This document shows positions 41,373 to 53,100 of a DNA stretch of 64,000 nucleotides, piece by piece. Origin of the DNA: Lepidodermella squamata. Taxonomy: Eukaryota > Animalia > Gastrotricha. A model generated the notes under the pieces. The model had not been told where the DNA came from. It ran no database searches and saw only the letters and a list, made by a program, of their open reading frames with translations. The stretch lies in the NCBI GenBank assembly GCA_047495785.1, contig JBLDXI010000029.1, positions 2,232,001 to 2,296,000 on the forward strand, in the 5' to 3' direction. Made by a program: the position numbers and the translations under genes. Position 1 is the first letter of the stretch; each line of letters starts with the position of its first letter.

Positions 41373-41998
41373 CTTACTTTGTATATTTTCTCAGCATTTC
41401 GTTCGACTTCTTTACGTTTCCGGTCGATCTGGGCCTCCAATTCTTCAATTCGCAAATCAAACTGGCGAGCATGTTCTTCGGATTTCTTCGCATCCTGAAG
41501 GATATCAGAGAACGATTCAATGGTTGGATCACCCGGAATCGCCGCAATGAACAGGTCCAAATTGATAAAAGCTGATAACAGGCTTATCACACGCTCTTTG
41601 GCTAGAATTATAAAACTTTTTAATTTCAAACAATCCTAAAATTTCAACTAAAACCTACTCGGCCTGATAATGTCCAACGTTTCAAGGGGTGGTCTGAAAA
41701 AGGCGGCTTGGCCGATTTCTGACCAATAAGCAAGCAGCAATTTCTGGAAACAGCGCGTTCTATTCGCCGGCGGAGCAGCTTGACACCGATGGATAAAGTC
41801 CTTTTCGTCGAAATTAATCCACGGCACCTTCTTAAGGAGGACGTACAGCAATTCCTGCCACCAACGCGCCTCTGGATTTCGCAGGTCGTTTTGCGTAACT
41901 TCAACTTCTTGCTGGTATTTTTTCAGCAAATCCGCAAGTTCCTTCTCACTTTTGCGCGGATAAGTGACGTGTTTTTCGCGAACAAAAGACGTCGCCAT
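35312..41998 (-). CDS. NUF2: Divergent NUF2-like kinetochore protein, 473 aa
   Basis: Six exons (41659-41998, 41378-41601, 39301-39545, 39099-39236, 37438-37795, 35312-35428) splice in frame to 1422 nt. The N-terminus YPRKSEKEL..NDLRNPE..DIIRPTKERVISLLSAFINL resembles the Nuf2 CH domain (FPR..NDL.NP..DIL.P..KRT..FLS.IINF) and is followed by a long coiled coil. Confidence 0.65.
37013..37376. repeat. Dispersed Tc1-like MITE, copy 1
   Basis: Shares AAGTCACATCTCA, GAAATTTGGTCC.ACCGGGTAAAAT and GTGTCCCA...TGGGACA ends with 48433-48792. Confidence 0.65.
37838..37885. repeat. Tandem repeat (AGAAATTTAACA) x4
   Basis: Read directly from the sequence. Confidence 0.9.
38491..38900. mobile_element. 410-bp near-palindromic MITE with 8-bp TSD
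   Basis: Termini CATAGAGAAAAAAATGACCAGAGTAAGCACTCAAGCTAAA and its reverse complement; TSD TATAGACC at 38483-38490 and 38901-38908. An inner inverted arm of about 90 bp is almost perfect. Confidence 0.92.
39940..40990 (+). mobile_element. Pogo/Tigger transposase remnant interrupted by a hAT 3' fragment
   Basis: TITVYDAVNWINASWNLI..TFVKCFAKSG (Tigger DDE C-terminus), then the hAT dimerisation ORF 40205-40570 (DPTRWWK..LSKVARKYLGAPNGSVPSEKLFS), 18-bp subterminal repeats at 40688-40730, a terminus near 40806, and finally a Tigger-like tail QPSITNFFK. Confidence 0.75.
41334..41371. repeat. (ATT)n microsatellite
   Basis: About 12 ATT units just inside NUF2-like intron 2. Confidence 0.95.
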
Positions 41999-42103
41999 TG
42001 CTTGATAAATAAAACACTATAAACAGTCAACAATTTTTATTCAACTAAATCAAATCGTTCAGCAGTCCTTAAAAAATCGCGTATAATAAAATAATTTTTT
42101 CGG

Positions 42104-43105
42104 CTATTTTTTGTCGTGTTCAATCAAAATCTCGTTAACAAGGTCGTTGAATAGCTGCGCCTGATCGGCGTAGACGTGATGACCGGCCTGGGGTAGAACA
42201 TGCGTTTTCACTTGCGATTTCGGACAGGCTTCGGCGATCTTGTCGCCTGATTTCGAGTCCATCCAGCTGCGAGAGCCGTAGATGAGCGAAATCGGGACAG
42301 CCGGGTCCAATTTGCCGATTCGGCTGATAATCGGATTTCGAGGCCATGCCGCGTCAGATAGAGTGCGAAACGCCGTTTCGCCGCTGGCAGGGTGGCGGAT
42401 ATTACATTGATGAATGTAGTCATAAACGACCTCAGCCGCAGCTCGGGGAGACGAAAATCTCCGGCCTAAATCAGGCCTAACCCGCTTGATCAAACCAGCA
42501 CCCCACGGCCCGGCCGCTCTCAATCCAGACAACGGATCAAATTGCCGGATCAAGCTCATTAACGCCTTCACCCACATAGGCCGAGGTTTTGAATCAAAAT
42601 CTGGCGGTTTCGGCACCACGCCCCATGGTTCAACCAGTAGGAGATGTTTCACGTTTTGAGGGTAGCGAAGGGCATATGAGGCCGCTAGGTAACCACCCAA
42701 ACTATGCCCGAGCAAGTAGAAAGATTCAACCCCTAGCTTCAACCGCCATTCTTCAATCGAATCAACCCATTCAATTTCAGCAACACTCGGGTTAGGGCTA
42801 AAAACTGGCCGGCTACTTTTGCCAAAGCCTAGAATATCCATTGCGAAAAGAGGCCGATTTTTGGATAATGAATCAAGGTTCAAAACCCACAACGCTACAC
42901 CACCACCTAAACCATGGACCATCAAAAGTGGGGTAGATTTCGCGGCTTCGTTCATTCTGAGGGTCCAAATTTCGCGATCAGGTCTCACATTAACGTAGCC
43001 GGTCGAATAGCTGCCATTCAGACATGCAAGCAGTTGCTTTTCTGCCAGGTTCAACATCTCCATCGAGCTTTGATTCCATTTAAAATTTGTTGATGGAACC
43101 TTCAT
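42104..43105 (-). CDS. ABHD4: Alpha/beta hydrolase ABHD4/ABHD5 family (lyso-NAPE lipase-like), intronless
   Basis: PLLMVHGLGGG, DILGFGKSSRP, catalytic GHSLG (Ser present, so ABHD4-like), and HHVYAD (HxxxxD). Confidence 0.9.
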   Translation of the reverse strand: MKVPSTNFKWNQSSMEMLNLAEKQLLACLNGSYSTGYVNVRPDREIWTLRMNEAAKSTPLLMVHGLGGGVALWVLNLDSLSKNRPLFAMDILGFGKSSRPVFSPNPSVAEIEWVDSIEEWRLKLGVESFYLLGHSLGGYLAASYALRYPQNVKHLLLVEPWGVVPKPPDFDSKPRPMWVKALMSLIRQFDPLSGLRAAGPWGAGLIKRVRPDLGRRFSSPRAAAEVVYDYIHQCNIRHPASGETAFRTLSDAAWPRNPIISRIGKLDPAVPISLIYGSRSWMDSKSGDKIAEACPKSQVKTHVLPQAGHHVYADQAQLFNDLVNEILIEHDKK

Positions 43106-43226
43106 ATTTTTGGAAATAATTAATCTAGAACGAGTAAGATAGAAAATGAAATACCCTAGGTAATCGTGGTCGCCACTTCAACCATTTACTTGCTCTTGAA
43201 AGAAAGTTTTATTATTAGAGAGACTT

Positions 43227-44123
43227 TTATATTTCAGATCCGAACTTCATAACATACTTAGGATCGTGGCTCAGACGATCAACCATGTTTAGCTCGAATT
43301 CCTTGAGGAGAACATTGAATTTCATGATGTTCTCTGGCTCGGCTTTGATGTAATAGGTAGCGAAGTTATCAAAAATAAAGCAATATAGATTATGGAAGTC
43401 ATTCAGCGTGATTTCCTCGCTCTCTAGGTTGTACAGGTGAGTTTTCAGCGAATTGTTATCAAGACATCGCACAGCAAGGGCTGTGAGATTGATGCCAGCA
43501 ATCGCATACGGAAACCCATACTTCGGATGACAAGCTTGCGAATAAATACGTTTTGCGACGGCTTCATGCTTTTCAGTGATAAAAACCAACTGCCGAAGAC
43601 CGAGTATACCCATACCTCGAAAATCTGTGCACGGGTCGGTCCCTTGAAAACCGATTTCCTTCCATTGATTACCCGTCCTCACAAAATCATCACTGGGGAA
43701 TGCAAATGACCATAAAACTTTCAAGAGATCCAAATGCTTCTCTTCTTCGAAGGTTATGCTCTTCTCGGATTCAACCAAGTCACGGAGGTTGTTGTAAGAT
43801 ATTATTTTCTTCAGTAATGGTGTGATCTTCTCTGCTGAAAACGTCTCTGGTAATTTCTTGATTTCAGCGATTGTCTTGATATGCTCCTCATAGGAAGTAG
43901 ACACAGAATTGGCGATACCGTTGAGAGAGGGAAAACGAGACTTCTTGAGAGCATTTTCGAGTGCAATCACCCGTTGAGACTGAGACGAATCATTCAACTC
44001 GGCGGCTCTCTGTATTTCGCTTTTGCCAGTGATATTATGAAATAACCATTTCAAAGCTTTTGATACCCAAGCTGGCAGCCAAGCGCTAATAAAATGTAAA
44101 GCTTGAAGCAATATAACAATCAT
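43227..44123 (-). CDS. ELMOD2: ELMO-domain protein (ELMOD1/2 family Arl GAP), intronless CDS
   Basis: WKEIGFQGTDPCTDFRGMGILGL and YGFPYAIAGINLT are ELMOD signatures; 298 aa. Confidence 0.9.
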   Translation of the reverse strand: MIVILLQALHFISAWLPAWVSKALKWLFHNITGKSEIQRAAELNDSSQSQRVIALENALKKSRFPSLNGIANSVSTSYEEHIKTIAEIKKLPETFSAEKITPLLKKIISYNNLRDLVESEKSITFEEEKHLDLLKVLWSFAFPSDDFVRTGNQWKEIGFQGTDPCTDFRGMGILGLRQLVFITEKHEAVAKRIYSQACHPKYGFPYAIAGINLTALAVRCLDNNSLKTHLYNLESEEITLNDFHNLYCFIFDNFATYYIKAEPENIMKFNVLLKEFELNMVDRLSHDPKYVMKFGSEI

Positions 44124-44406
44124 TTCTCCAAGTCAACCTAGAAGTAAGAGATGATCATTTATCAAACAAGCATTAAAATATTCATTCCAACCTAATGAGC
44201 AAGTCTGTCAGTTCCTGAATCCAGATGTCACCGATGAGGAAAGCTTGGACCATACTTACCTACTTAATACTAAAAACCAAATTGCCGCGACAGAAATGAC
44301 TACCAAACTCTAAACCAGCTAAGTTAGGAATACTAGGCTACGAATTTGTCTAGCGCACAATTGCGATAACGGGTAGCACTATGCATCTAACACATTGAAG
44401 TTTAGC

Positions 44407-44431
44407 ATATATATATATATATATATATATA
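44407..44431. repeat. (AT)n microsatellite
   Basis: Read directly from the sequence. Confidence 0.9.
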
Positions 44432-45125
44432 CAAATACGTGAGCGAGATAGATGTGGAAACAGCTGCTAGTTGCTACCGTCGCATCAGCATCAATAATGA
44501 GCTGAATGGTGATTAACCTTGGCTAGTCATGAATCATACATCATAAAGGATATAAGATAGAAATTCAGTTTAGAACTAAAAGAGAGAACATTCAACGTTC
44601 ATTTCGGAACGTGCAGCTTAAACTAGGGTGAAAAAAACGAATCGGTAAAAACAAAAGATGGACGTGGCATCTGGGTCAGTGAGAAAGGTAGGTCAATAAA
44701 GAGAAAAAACTGGTCAGAAGGGTTTACAGGTTCAAAACGATTTTTGGCGGGCATTTGGTCAAGGTTACTGATTGGTTAAATATAAATATATTTTTCGTAG
44801 TAACCTACAAAATTAACAATAAATCAATAATTTAGAATGTAAATATAAGATTTTGTTTTGCAGCATCTAAGTAAAGCAGATTTGACTCGGATCATCGCTC
44901 GCGTGTTTGTTGTTTTTAATTTTATGGCAGTAAGCAAGAGACATCTATCTGGCATGATGCAGAACTAATAATAAGTGTCGATGCGCCCAAGCAGCATAGC
45001 AGTTTGGCAAGGTCGCAGTAGGAGGATAAAAGTGGACCCTTATGGTCCAAGCTCGAAAAATTTGGAGTCAGGCGTCGGAGTCAGAAATTGCCGAAGGAGT
45101 CAACGCCATGTAATTAACATTATTT

Positions 45126-45798
45126 CGTCGTCGGTGCGGCCAAAAGTAATATGTCAAAGAGTGATAATTTTGAGATAAATCGTAAAAACAGCTTTATTTT
45201 CGAAATTTTCAGTAAAATATGTCACCGAGTCAAACGAAGGGGTAGTTGATCACGGCGGATCGAATGGCGCCGGCCATTTCTACCGGTGATGCACCTTTTT
45301 TGCACCATTGAGACATTCGTTGGACATATTACTGTTTTGTACTTTTTTGTTATTTTGTTATGGGGTTTTAACATAGGTGGTTCGATTCCTCGTGCACACA
45401 TCCATTTTTTAAGCTATTTTATTTTTAAGCGTGAAGAAAGAGGATTATTTTTCACTTGGCATCAACGTCGCGCTGCTGTGGTTCGATCCCTCATGCGTGC
45501 ATATATTTTTACGGCGATTTTTACACTACCATTTTGCTCGCAATGGAATGATTTTTTGCTGGACACATTACTTTTGGTGCCCTGTTCGAACTCGTGCCAT
45601 GGACATATTACTGTTGATTCTGCCGACAAATTGACCTGGTAAAAAAGTCACGAAAGTGGACATATTACTTTTGATCCCTGGCGAATTTTGAGATGCCGTT
45701 TTCAGAATAATGACCGGCGTTAAATTCTGAGTTCGGAACTGAAAAAATCTCATTTTTGATTTTAGATGGACATATTACTTTTGGCCGCACCGACGACG
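45126..45798. mobile_element. 673-bp non-autonomous TIR element with 4-bp TSD (Sola1-like)
   Basis: 30-bp perfect TIR CGTCGTCGGTGCGGCCAAAAGTAATATGTC, TSD ATTT on both sides, and internal GGACATATTACT repeats. The superfamily is inferred only from the AWWT TSD. Confidence 0.8.
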
Positions 45799-47129
45799 AT
45801 TTCCCGGTATAAAAAGAGTCAAAAATTGCCGAAGGAGTCAGTGTCGAAGATGGACCTTTCGCTGAGTGTGATTTTAGCTGATAGTGATTTTAGCACTCGC
45901 GTGATACGCTCGCTCGCTTGATTATGTACTCTTGGTTTCAGTCGATTTTCCGATTACCAGACCACATTTCATTGAATATAACTAATATAGCGAGCGAAGC
46001 AAGCTTAGCTGGCGGTATTTTTACGATACTAGGACTCAAAATGGTCCAGGCGTTACTCAAATCTCGCTACACACCAGCACCCCATGGATTTACTTGAATC
46101 TTGAAAGAAAATGGCGGCCGATGAAAGAGCAATAACAATAATATTGCGGCCGGAGAGGGGTCGAATTGTACATGCGGCCGATGCCGAGGCTTCCCGGCCG
46201 ACACAAAGCCGGCGATGAACAAAGTTTGCGGAGCACTGAAGTGCAACAACCCGCGGCAATTTTACTCACTTGGTGACGATTGACAGCAATTTTAGAGTAT
46301 AAATTCGATTCTGATTGACTCGTGTTTACTCAAAAGTGCATGATGTGTATTTTTTCATCTCAAGCTTAATCGAATTCTGAAAAGCGGACTATTGGACTGG
46401 CTCTCCCATATCTCCGCATAAAAGCCCTCGTTCATGTCGACTCAAAGCATCAATAGTCAATAGCTACTTTAGCTATATTGCAATTTATAATTGCTACCCG
46501 TGACAGGATGAGAAATAGACACTTTTAGCGCTTTCCATGTTCTTTATTAGAAACAAATATTACCATAGAAAATCGGCGCTTCAGGTAATCATAACAGTAT
46601 ACATATTGCATTTCTATCATCGAAACAAATTTTCGGTAAGTTTGCTGGAAGAAACAAAGCAAATGGAAAATCTGCCATTAAATATTACTTTACATCATTC
46701 TCTCTTTAACATTTTTAGTAGGTCAGTCGAACGAGAAACGGGACAGAAAACGCCGCCATATTAGCCAGAGTAACAAATAATCATCGAAAAACTAGTTCTC
46801 TCAATCACGAGGGGTTTTCAATTAGAAATAAATCAATTGAAAGAATTCAGCAAAATAGATTTAATCATATCATCTTGATTTCACATCATAGGCACCTTCA
46901 CCATTATGCAGCAAGCGATTTCACTAAAATAGCGCTTTAGTATGCAAAATATCATACCAGACGAAATTAAAGCCTTAAGAATGATCATTACATTGAGCAA
47001 CACAGATGAGAAAAAATCTGCGCCGCGAGAGTAAATTTCAACTTTAGTTTCGCTTAGATAACCACCTTTATGGCTTGGATTGGCAGCAATAAGGGAAAAC
47101 AAAAAGATTGTAACAAAGAGACGCAAAAA

Positions 47130-50100
47130 TCACCAGAATGGACACCAGCCTACATAGCATTGGCACAGGTATTCGGTAGATGTGGCCTGCTCGATTAGCA
47201 GCTGGACCTGTTCAGGAACCTCCAGCTCGTTCGGTCCAAAATCGCGGCCGAACAGCTTTTCTTTCACGCGATTGATGATGGCCGACGAGCGGCGACCAGC
47301 CTCGGCCGGGGCAACCGGGACGTGATTCGCAGCAGCCTGCTGTTGCGAGGAGCTTTGCTCAGCCAACTGAGCACTGCCGTTCACTGCGTCCGACTGTGCA
47401 GGCTCTTCATTAGTTCCTGCGGCACCGGCTTCAGCAGGTGATGGAGCACCTTCTGAAAAATTAGTGAAATCATAAGAAATATTTGTCCAAAAGATTAAGG
47501 AGGACTTACCATGCATCTGTTCCATGAGACGAGGGTTGATAACCGGATCGTAAACGAACGCTTCCAAGACGCCCATGAGTGAATCTTTGTTCTGGCGCAA
47601 CAACCGCATAGTCCATTCGCAAGACGACCGGAACAAACCGTCAATGCCAGTCACCTCCATCGCATTGACCATCATGCGAGTGAGACGGAACGGGATTTTC
47701 TCGGGGAAACGCTCGCGCTTCTGCGCCATTTCAAAGCAATCACCGAAATCGATGTGAATAATTTTCCCGGTGATGCGGTTGAGTAGTAAATTTGAAGGAT
47801 GGCGATCGCCGAGGCCCAACACGTAACCGACCATCGACATGACAGCCAGGGATCTGATGTAATTTTGACGCCGTTGGAACCACACGTCGGAGCTCGGACT
47901 CTTGAACCACAGAATTTTGGCTAGATCATCGCCCTTAGTCCGGTCAAGTGCGTACTCGAACACGTCCATTTTATGGTAGATGGGCAACGTGTCGTAGGTC
48001 GAGCAGTTTTGGTTCATCAAACGATGTTCAAGGTTGAGAATTACGTTTCTCCTCTCTCGGTATTCTTTGATCAAAGCGTGGAGGGTGTCGCAAGACGGCA
48101 GCCAGCCGATGAGACCGGAGTTTGTGTTCAGAGGAATGACTGAGAAGCGTTGAATAGTTCCCGAGAACTTGTCGGTTGGCGCGGCTTGAAGCATGAGAAG
48201 GTTGACGAGGCCGAAGAACTGCATGACACGTTCGTCGAGACGAATGTCTTCGTGGCCTTTAAGGAGGAATACGTACTCCTTGCCATCGTCGCCGAATACT
48301 GATATCTTTCGAGGGCGCTGCTTCGAGGAAATCACCTGAATGATCACATAACATGAATTAACACTACTGTGAACTTTAAAACTGAGACCAAAAATTTAAA
48401 TTTAAATTTGAAATAAATCGACGGTCTTTTGACAACGTGTCCCATAACTCTAAAACGAGAGAAGAAGTCACATCTCATGGCCAGAAATTGGTTAGAAAAA
48501 TTTAAAATTTAAATTAAATTAAATTTAAATATAAATTCACGAGAATAGTATCAAGTTTGTCACTTTTTGTCCGGGGAAATTTGGTCCAACCGGGTAAAAT
48601 TCCAGAAATTTCCGAACCAGTTACCATCAGGGTGTTCCGGGTTTTCTCCGGTGAATTTTTCTATTTATTAGGTTAAATCGCAGATAAAAGATGGAATTTT
48701 CTCTCTGTCGGTTTAATTCAAAAAATTACTTTAATTTCCAACAAAAAGTTGCCAGATTAAAAAATAGTTGCGCAACTTCTGGGACACGCTGTAATTTTGT
48801 AAATTTCGACACGCAATTCGTCATTTTTCTGAAATTAAACGTCTTGCATCCTTAATTCGCGAATTCACCGAATAAATTTACATTTTACAAGAGAAAAACG
48901 GAGTATTTTTGACCAGTTTTGATTTAATTTGGCCGAAAAATTTAGTTCCGAAATTTTTCAAAATTTAACGATTTTAGCGAAAATGTCCCAGCGATAATCT
49001 TTCATGGTTGGGTTTCATATCAACAAATCAGGCGATTCAGATGAAAGCACAAATCTTTGTAAAATCAAAAAGTAAACTGACCTGGACAGTAGGTACAACA
49101 CGCGAAATTGTGACCAGCTTCTTATTCGGATCGTACGTACCAGGCACGCAGATACTCAAATCGCGGCAGTTGTACAGCTGCGGGGATGTAAACTGCAGTT
49201 CGATACTCGTCATCTGCTGCAGCTGGGGCGTCAATTTTCTGAACATATTCAGGAAAAAATGCCACGCCTGAACTATGCAATCATTGCCGGCCGCAGCCAT
49301 ATTTTGCTGCTGTTGCTGGCTTTGCGCATTCGCCTGCAAATTCTGCTGTTGCTGCTGAATCCGCTTATAACGATCAATGAAATCTTTCGCGCCTTTCAAC
49401 TCGCTGTCATACATCGCCAGGAAAGACTGCTCATGCGACGTTTCAGGCCGGCGTGAAATCTCAGCGTACAACTGATCGATAATTTCCAACATAGCCGTCG
49501 TGTTATGATCATTATAGAACGCTTTCGATGCCTCCTCGAGACCTTCATGCCAGCGTTCTTGCCACAAAATCGCAATTCGGACCAGTTCGTTACTTACCAT
49601 CAACGTTTCGTTGACTAGCTGCGGGTTCTTCTCGCAAACGGCTTGTAAAATCATTTTAGCGGCCTGAAGTCGCATGGCTGATTGCGTATTTAAGGTGGTC
49701 TGCGGCGCTTGAGCTGCGACTGATAAGCTGTAAACCAAGGCTTGAGGACGTAACTGGCCGACTGTTTTCAACAATTGCTGCACTGAATCGCGGACATCTG
49801 GGTTCCTAGCGTCGATTCTCGCGATTAGTTGCGGAATTAATTGAAGCCAGGCGTCGACTGGAACAGTGGGCAGGCAGTTTCGAACGCCGGCTAAAACAAG
49901 GTTCCAATCACCGTGTTCAAACCAGAGTGACATAAGCCGGACCAAATCGTGGATTGAATCTCGGGGCCGTAGAGTGACAGACCTCGCAAAACCTAAAAAA
50001 ATATTTTTACAATTTTAAATGAAAGGTTCGAGGCGTAGTTTAGTCTTGAAATATATTCTCATTAGTTTATCTTGAAATTCAATATTTGGGGAACCTGTCT

Positions 50101-53100
50101 GCCTGCCTCTATGCCAGTCAGACAACGGTCGCCGACGATTTTTCTGTACTCAACTATCAGCCATTTGTTATTCAGTCTGTGTCGGAAGCCAAAGATCCCG
50201 TCACTAATCAGACCGGAAGGCTTTCCTGAAAGATAACCCTGAGCCTATTATCGCATAACTATTTTCTCGTTTTAGGGCGGAGTTCGGCCAGAACGTTGCT
50301 GCTGCGGCTCCGAGCGCTGTGCTAGTCGTCGGAGGCCCGCCTGCCGAGACAGCTAATGCCTGTTGTGGACATTCCGGACATGAGGGTTACCCGCTTTATT
50401 TGCCTCGAAATCTTCGTTCCTCTTTTAAGCCCCGATTAGCCCCGAGACGCCTGAACGACTCGTTTCGTGGAATGAGCCGAAATGGTCGTGGAGCCAGATC
50501 AATTGTTAAAACTGACAAATCTTATTGTAAGGAAAACACCGGGCGGGTGAAGTTAATTTTGGGTTATTATCCACTTCAAATCACATAGTTAGTTGATCAT
50601 AGCAATAATGCATTGCGGAATCTTTGCCTGACCTAATTATGGACACACTACCGCGCGGCAGGTCGCCGATCCTGATGGATAATGAGTTACCGCGCCTTCG
50701 CCTGTTAAACCGGCTGTTGATGCGGCTGTCGCAGAATACGTGCCGAATGAAGTTAGCGGATCACTCGAACGCAAGTCGCTATTACTTTCAACGGATATTT
50801 TCGAATGGAAGAATGATTTCATTTGCATAAATCGAAGGTGTCGCATTTGCCGGGTTTCTTAAGGGCCATTCGCTCGACACCCGATTCAAATGTCAACGAC
50901 GCCTCTTCAACCATCTCTCCAGGCGAAAATGGTGGAAGGTGGAGTGGTGGCCGAGGACTATGAGAATATCAAGGATCCTTCTCTTTATTTTGACACGTTA
51001 GTTGTTGCAAATGGCAAGAATCGATTTATTATAGGCGGTGCAGGCCATACAAATTTTGTTACGTTCTAATTTTCGAATAAAACCGCCAAATTTTTTCAGG
51101 TAACGTTGCCATACCTCAGAACTATGTCCCTTGAGTGACATTCCGCTTATTAGTGATGATGTTACACTGGTTAAAAGGGACATCGGATTATGAAATCGGA
51201 TTTATAAATTAAATTTCATTTATAAATTAATTAATTTTTATAAATTTATCATTTATGTCTCTCAATTTAAAAAATTAAATTTTACTTATCCCAGACAAAA
51301 AAATTAATTAAAATTTCTCTGTATTCATCAAAATTAGGTTCTATGTTTTTAAGAGCCCATAGTGAGAAGAAATCTTAACCTTTAACAGCATCGACGCAGC
51401 AGCGCTCGGCAATCGTTTTATTAGGCCAAATAGCCGGCTGATTTTCGGCAATTTCCTCGCCAGCCGGGCGTTGGCTCCACAACGAGACAATATCGTAGTT
51501 CACCTGAGCCCATTCGTGCCAGGCTTTGTAAGCCTTCTCATCATGAATCGTCGAATTACGGTAGTATTCCAGCGCTTTCATCTTCGCCTCCTCGTCATTA
51601 GCTGCCGTTGAAATATGATTCTGCCACGTCGCAAGACGCCGGTAGCATTTACCCAGATAAACTTTTAAGGTGGACGTATTTTCAGAGTTCGCGGGTAATA
51701 AACTCAACCGGTTTTGATTCTCACTAACCAGCCGTTTCAGCCCGGAAAAGGCAACATCTTTCGACCCTTCATTCCATAATTGCTTAAGACAAGCGAGGGC
51801 TAGGGGTGGGCTATCAGGCGGGAAGTTGCCCTCGCAACTCGCGAGGGATGGCACGTCCAACAACCGGCATAAAATCCGATTCGCCAACTCCGGGTAACCG
51901 GCCCGGTTCGAAATCGTAGCCGCTTTCAACCAGTCCTGCTCCTGCTCCCTGACCGGCAAAATCAACCCGCGAACGGTTAGCAGATTCAAAAAGTCATCGA
52001 TTTGACGGCGGCAATTTTGAACCCGGACGTGCCAGTTCGATTTTGTAGTCGCTTTAAGGGTGGGGTTCATACCAACCGCGACAACCTCCTCCAGCTCACA
52101 CAGCGTCTGCGCCTCGATAACGTGGGGGTAAACACGTCGGTAACCTTCGCCGATCATTGTCGACAATTGACTAGTCAAAGCCTGTCTAGCCATTCCGATT
52201 TGAAGCAACGACTCTCGCCATGATGATTTCGTAACGGCAATAGCTGCTTTGAACATATGAGCGGCATGGGTGTCGTTGACTTGAAGGGCGCCGTATCTGG
52301 CTAAAACCTCCCACTCCCTCAGACCGAGCGCGGCTGAACACATCAATTCAGCAGCTACATCTTGCTGTTCTGGTAGGATGGCGGACCAGCTTTCTTGACC
52401 GACTTTAAGCACTGCCTCCCAATCACCCAGTTGTTTGAGACAGGTCATTCGCCGAACGGCTAGTTCTCCCATCAACTGAACATCCCCGGCCGCTTCTTCG
52501 TGCCGCTGTTCGTAGATTTCAAGAGCACCACGCCATTCGCCGAGTTTTTCGAACCAGGTCTCAGGGACCTTAGCCTGGGACGAGCTTTTCTTGAATTGGT
52601 GAATCACACCCTTCGCACTCTCCGCCGCGTCCATCTTAATGTGAACATCGACCAACGACGCCCATAATTCGTGAGGGATGGGGCTGTGGGCCTCTGTTAG
52701 TAACGAAAATTCGTCCTCGTAGTGACGTAGGGCCTTCGCAAAGGCTCGGCAGGTTACAGCCGCGTCGCCCGCTACGCAATTTTTAATCAAATTCCCACCA
52801 CTTCCGAACTCGGAGTGCTTAAATAGGTCGAATAAATCGAGAATTTGATGTAGAATCGACGCGTCTGTATTCGATTTCAGCGCTTTATGCAACGCGTTCA
52901 TCAACTCATCCTGCGCTGATTCGTTCAATTCCTCCCAGATTGATAGAAACGCGGAGTTGAACAGGGATGAAACTAAACGAGGGCAGTCTTGGAGGATACC
53001 AGGCGCGCATGTTCTCAGCGCGGTTGAGGAGGACTCCTTCAGCATAGCAACGCCCAATTCTTTAAGCCAGGTCTGCCAATCCTCAGTCGAGGCGCATCGA

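Noticed and set aside
42104-44123. Horizontal transfer or retrogene origin of intronless ABHD4 and ELMOD
   Set aside because: Both are animal-type proteins, no poly(A) tail or TSD is seen, and neighbouring TOR is also intron-poor.
50050-51200. Coding-like antisense fragments in TOR intron 4
   Set aside because: No continuous frame or motif, and TOR splices in frame without them.
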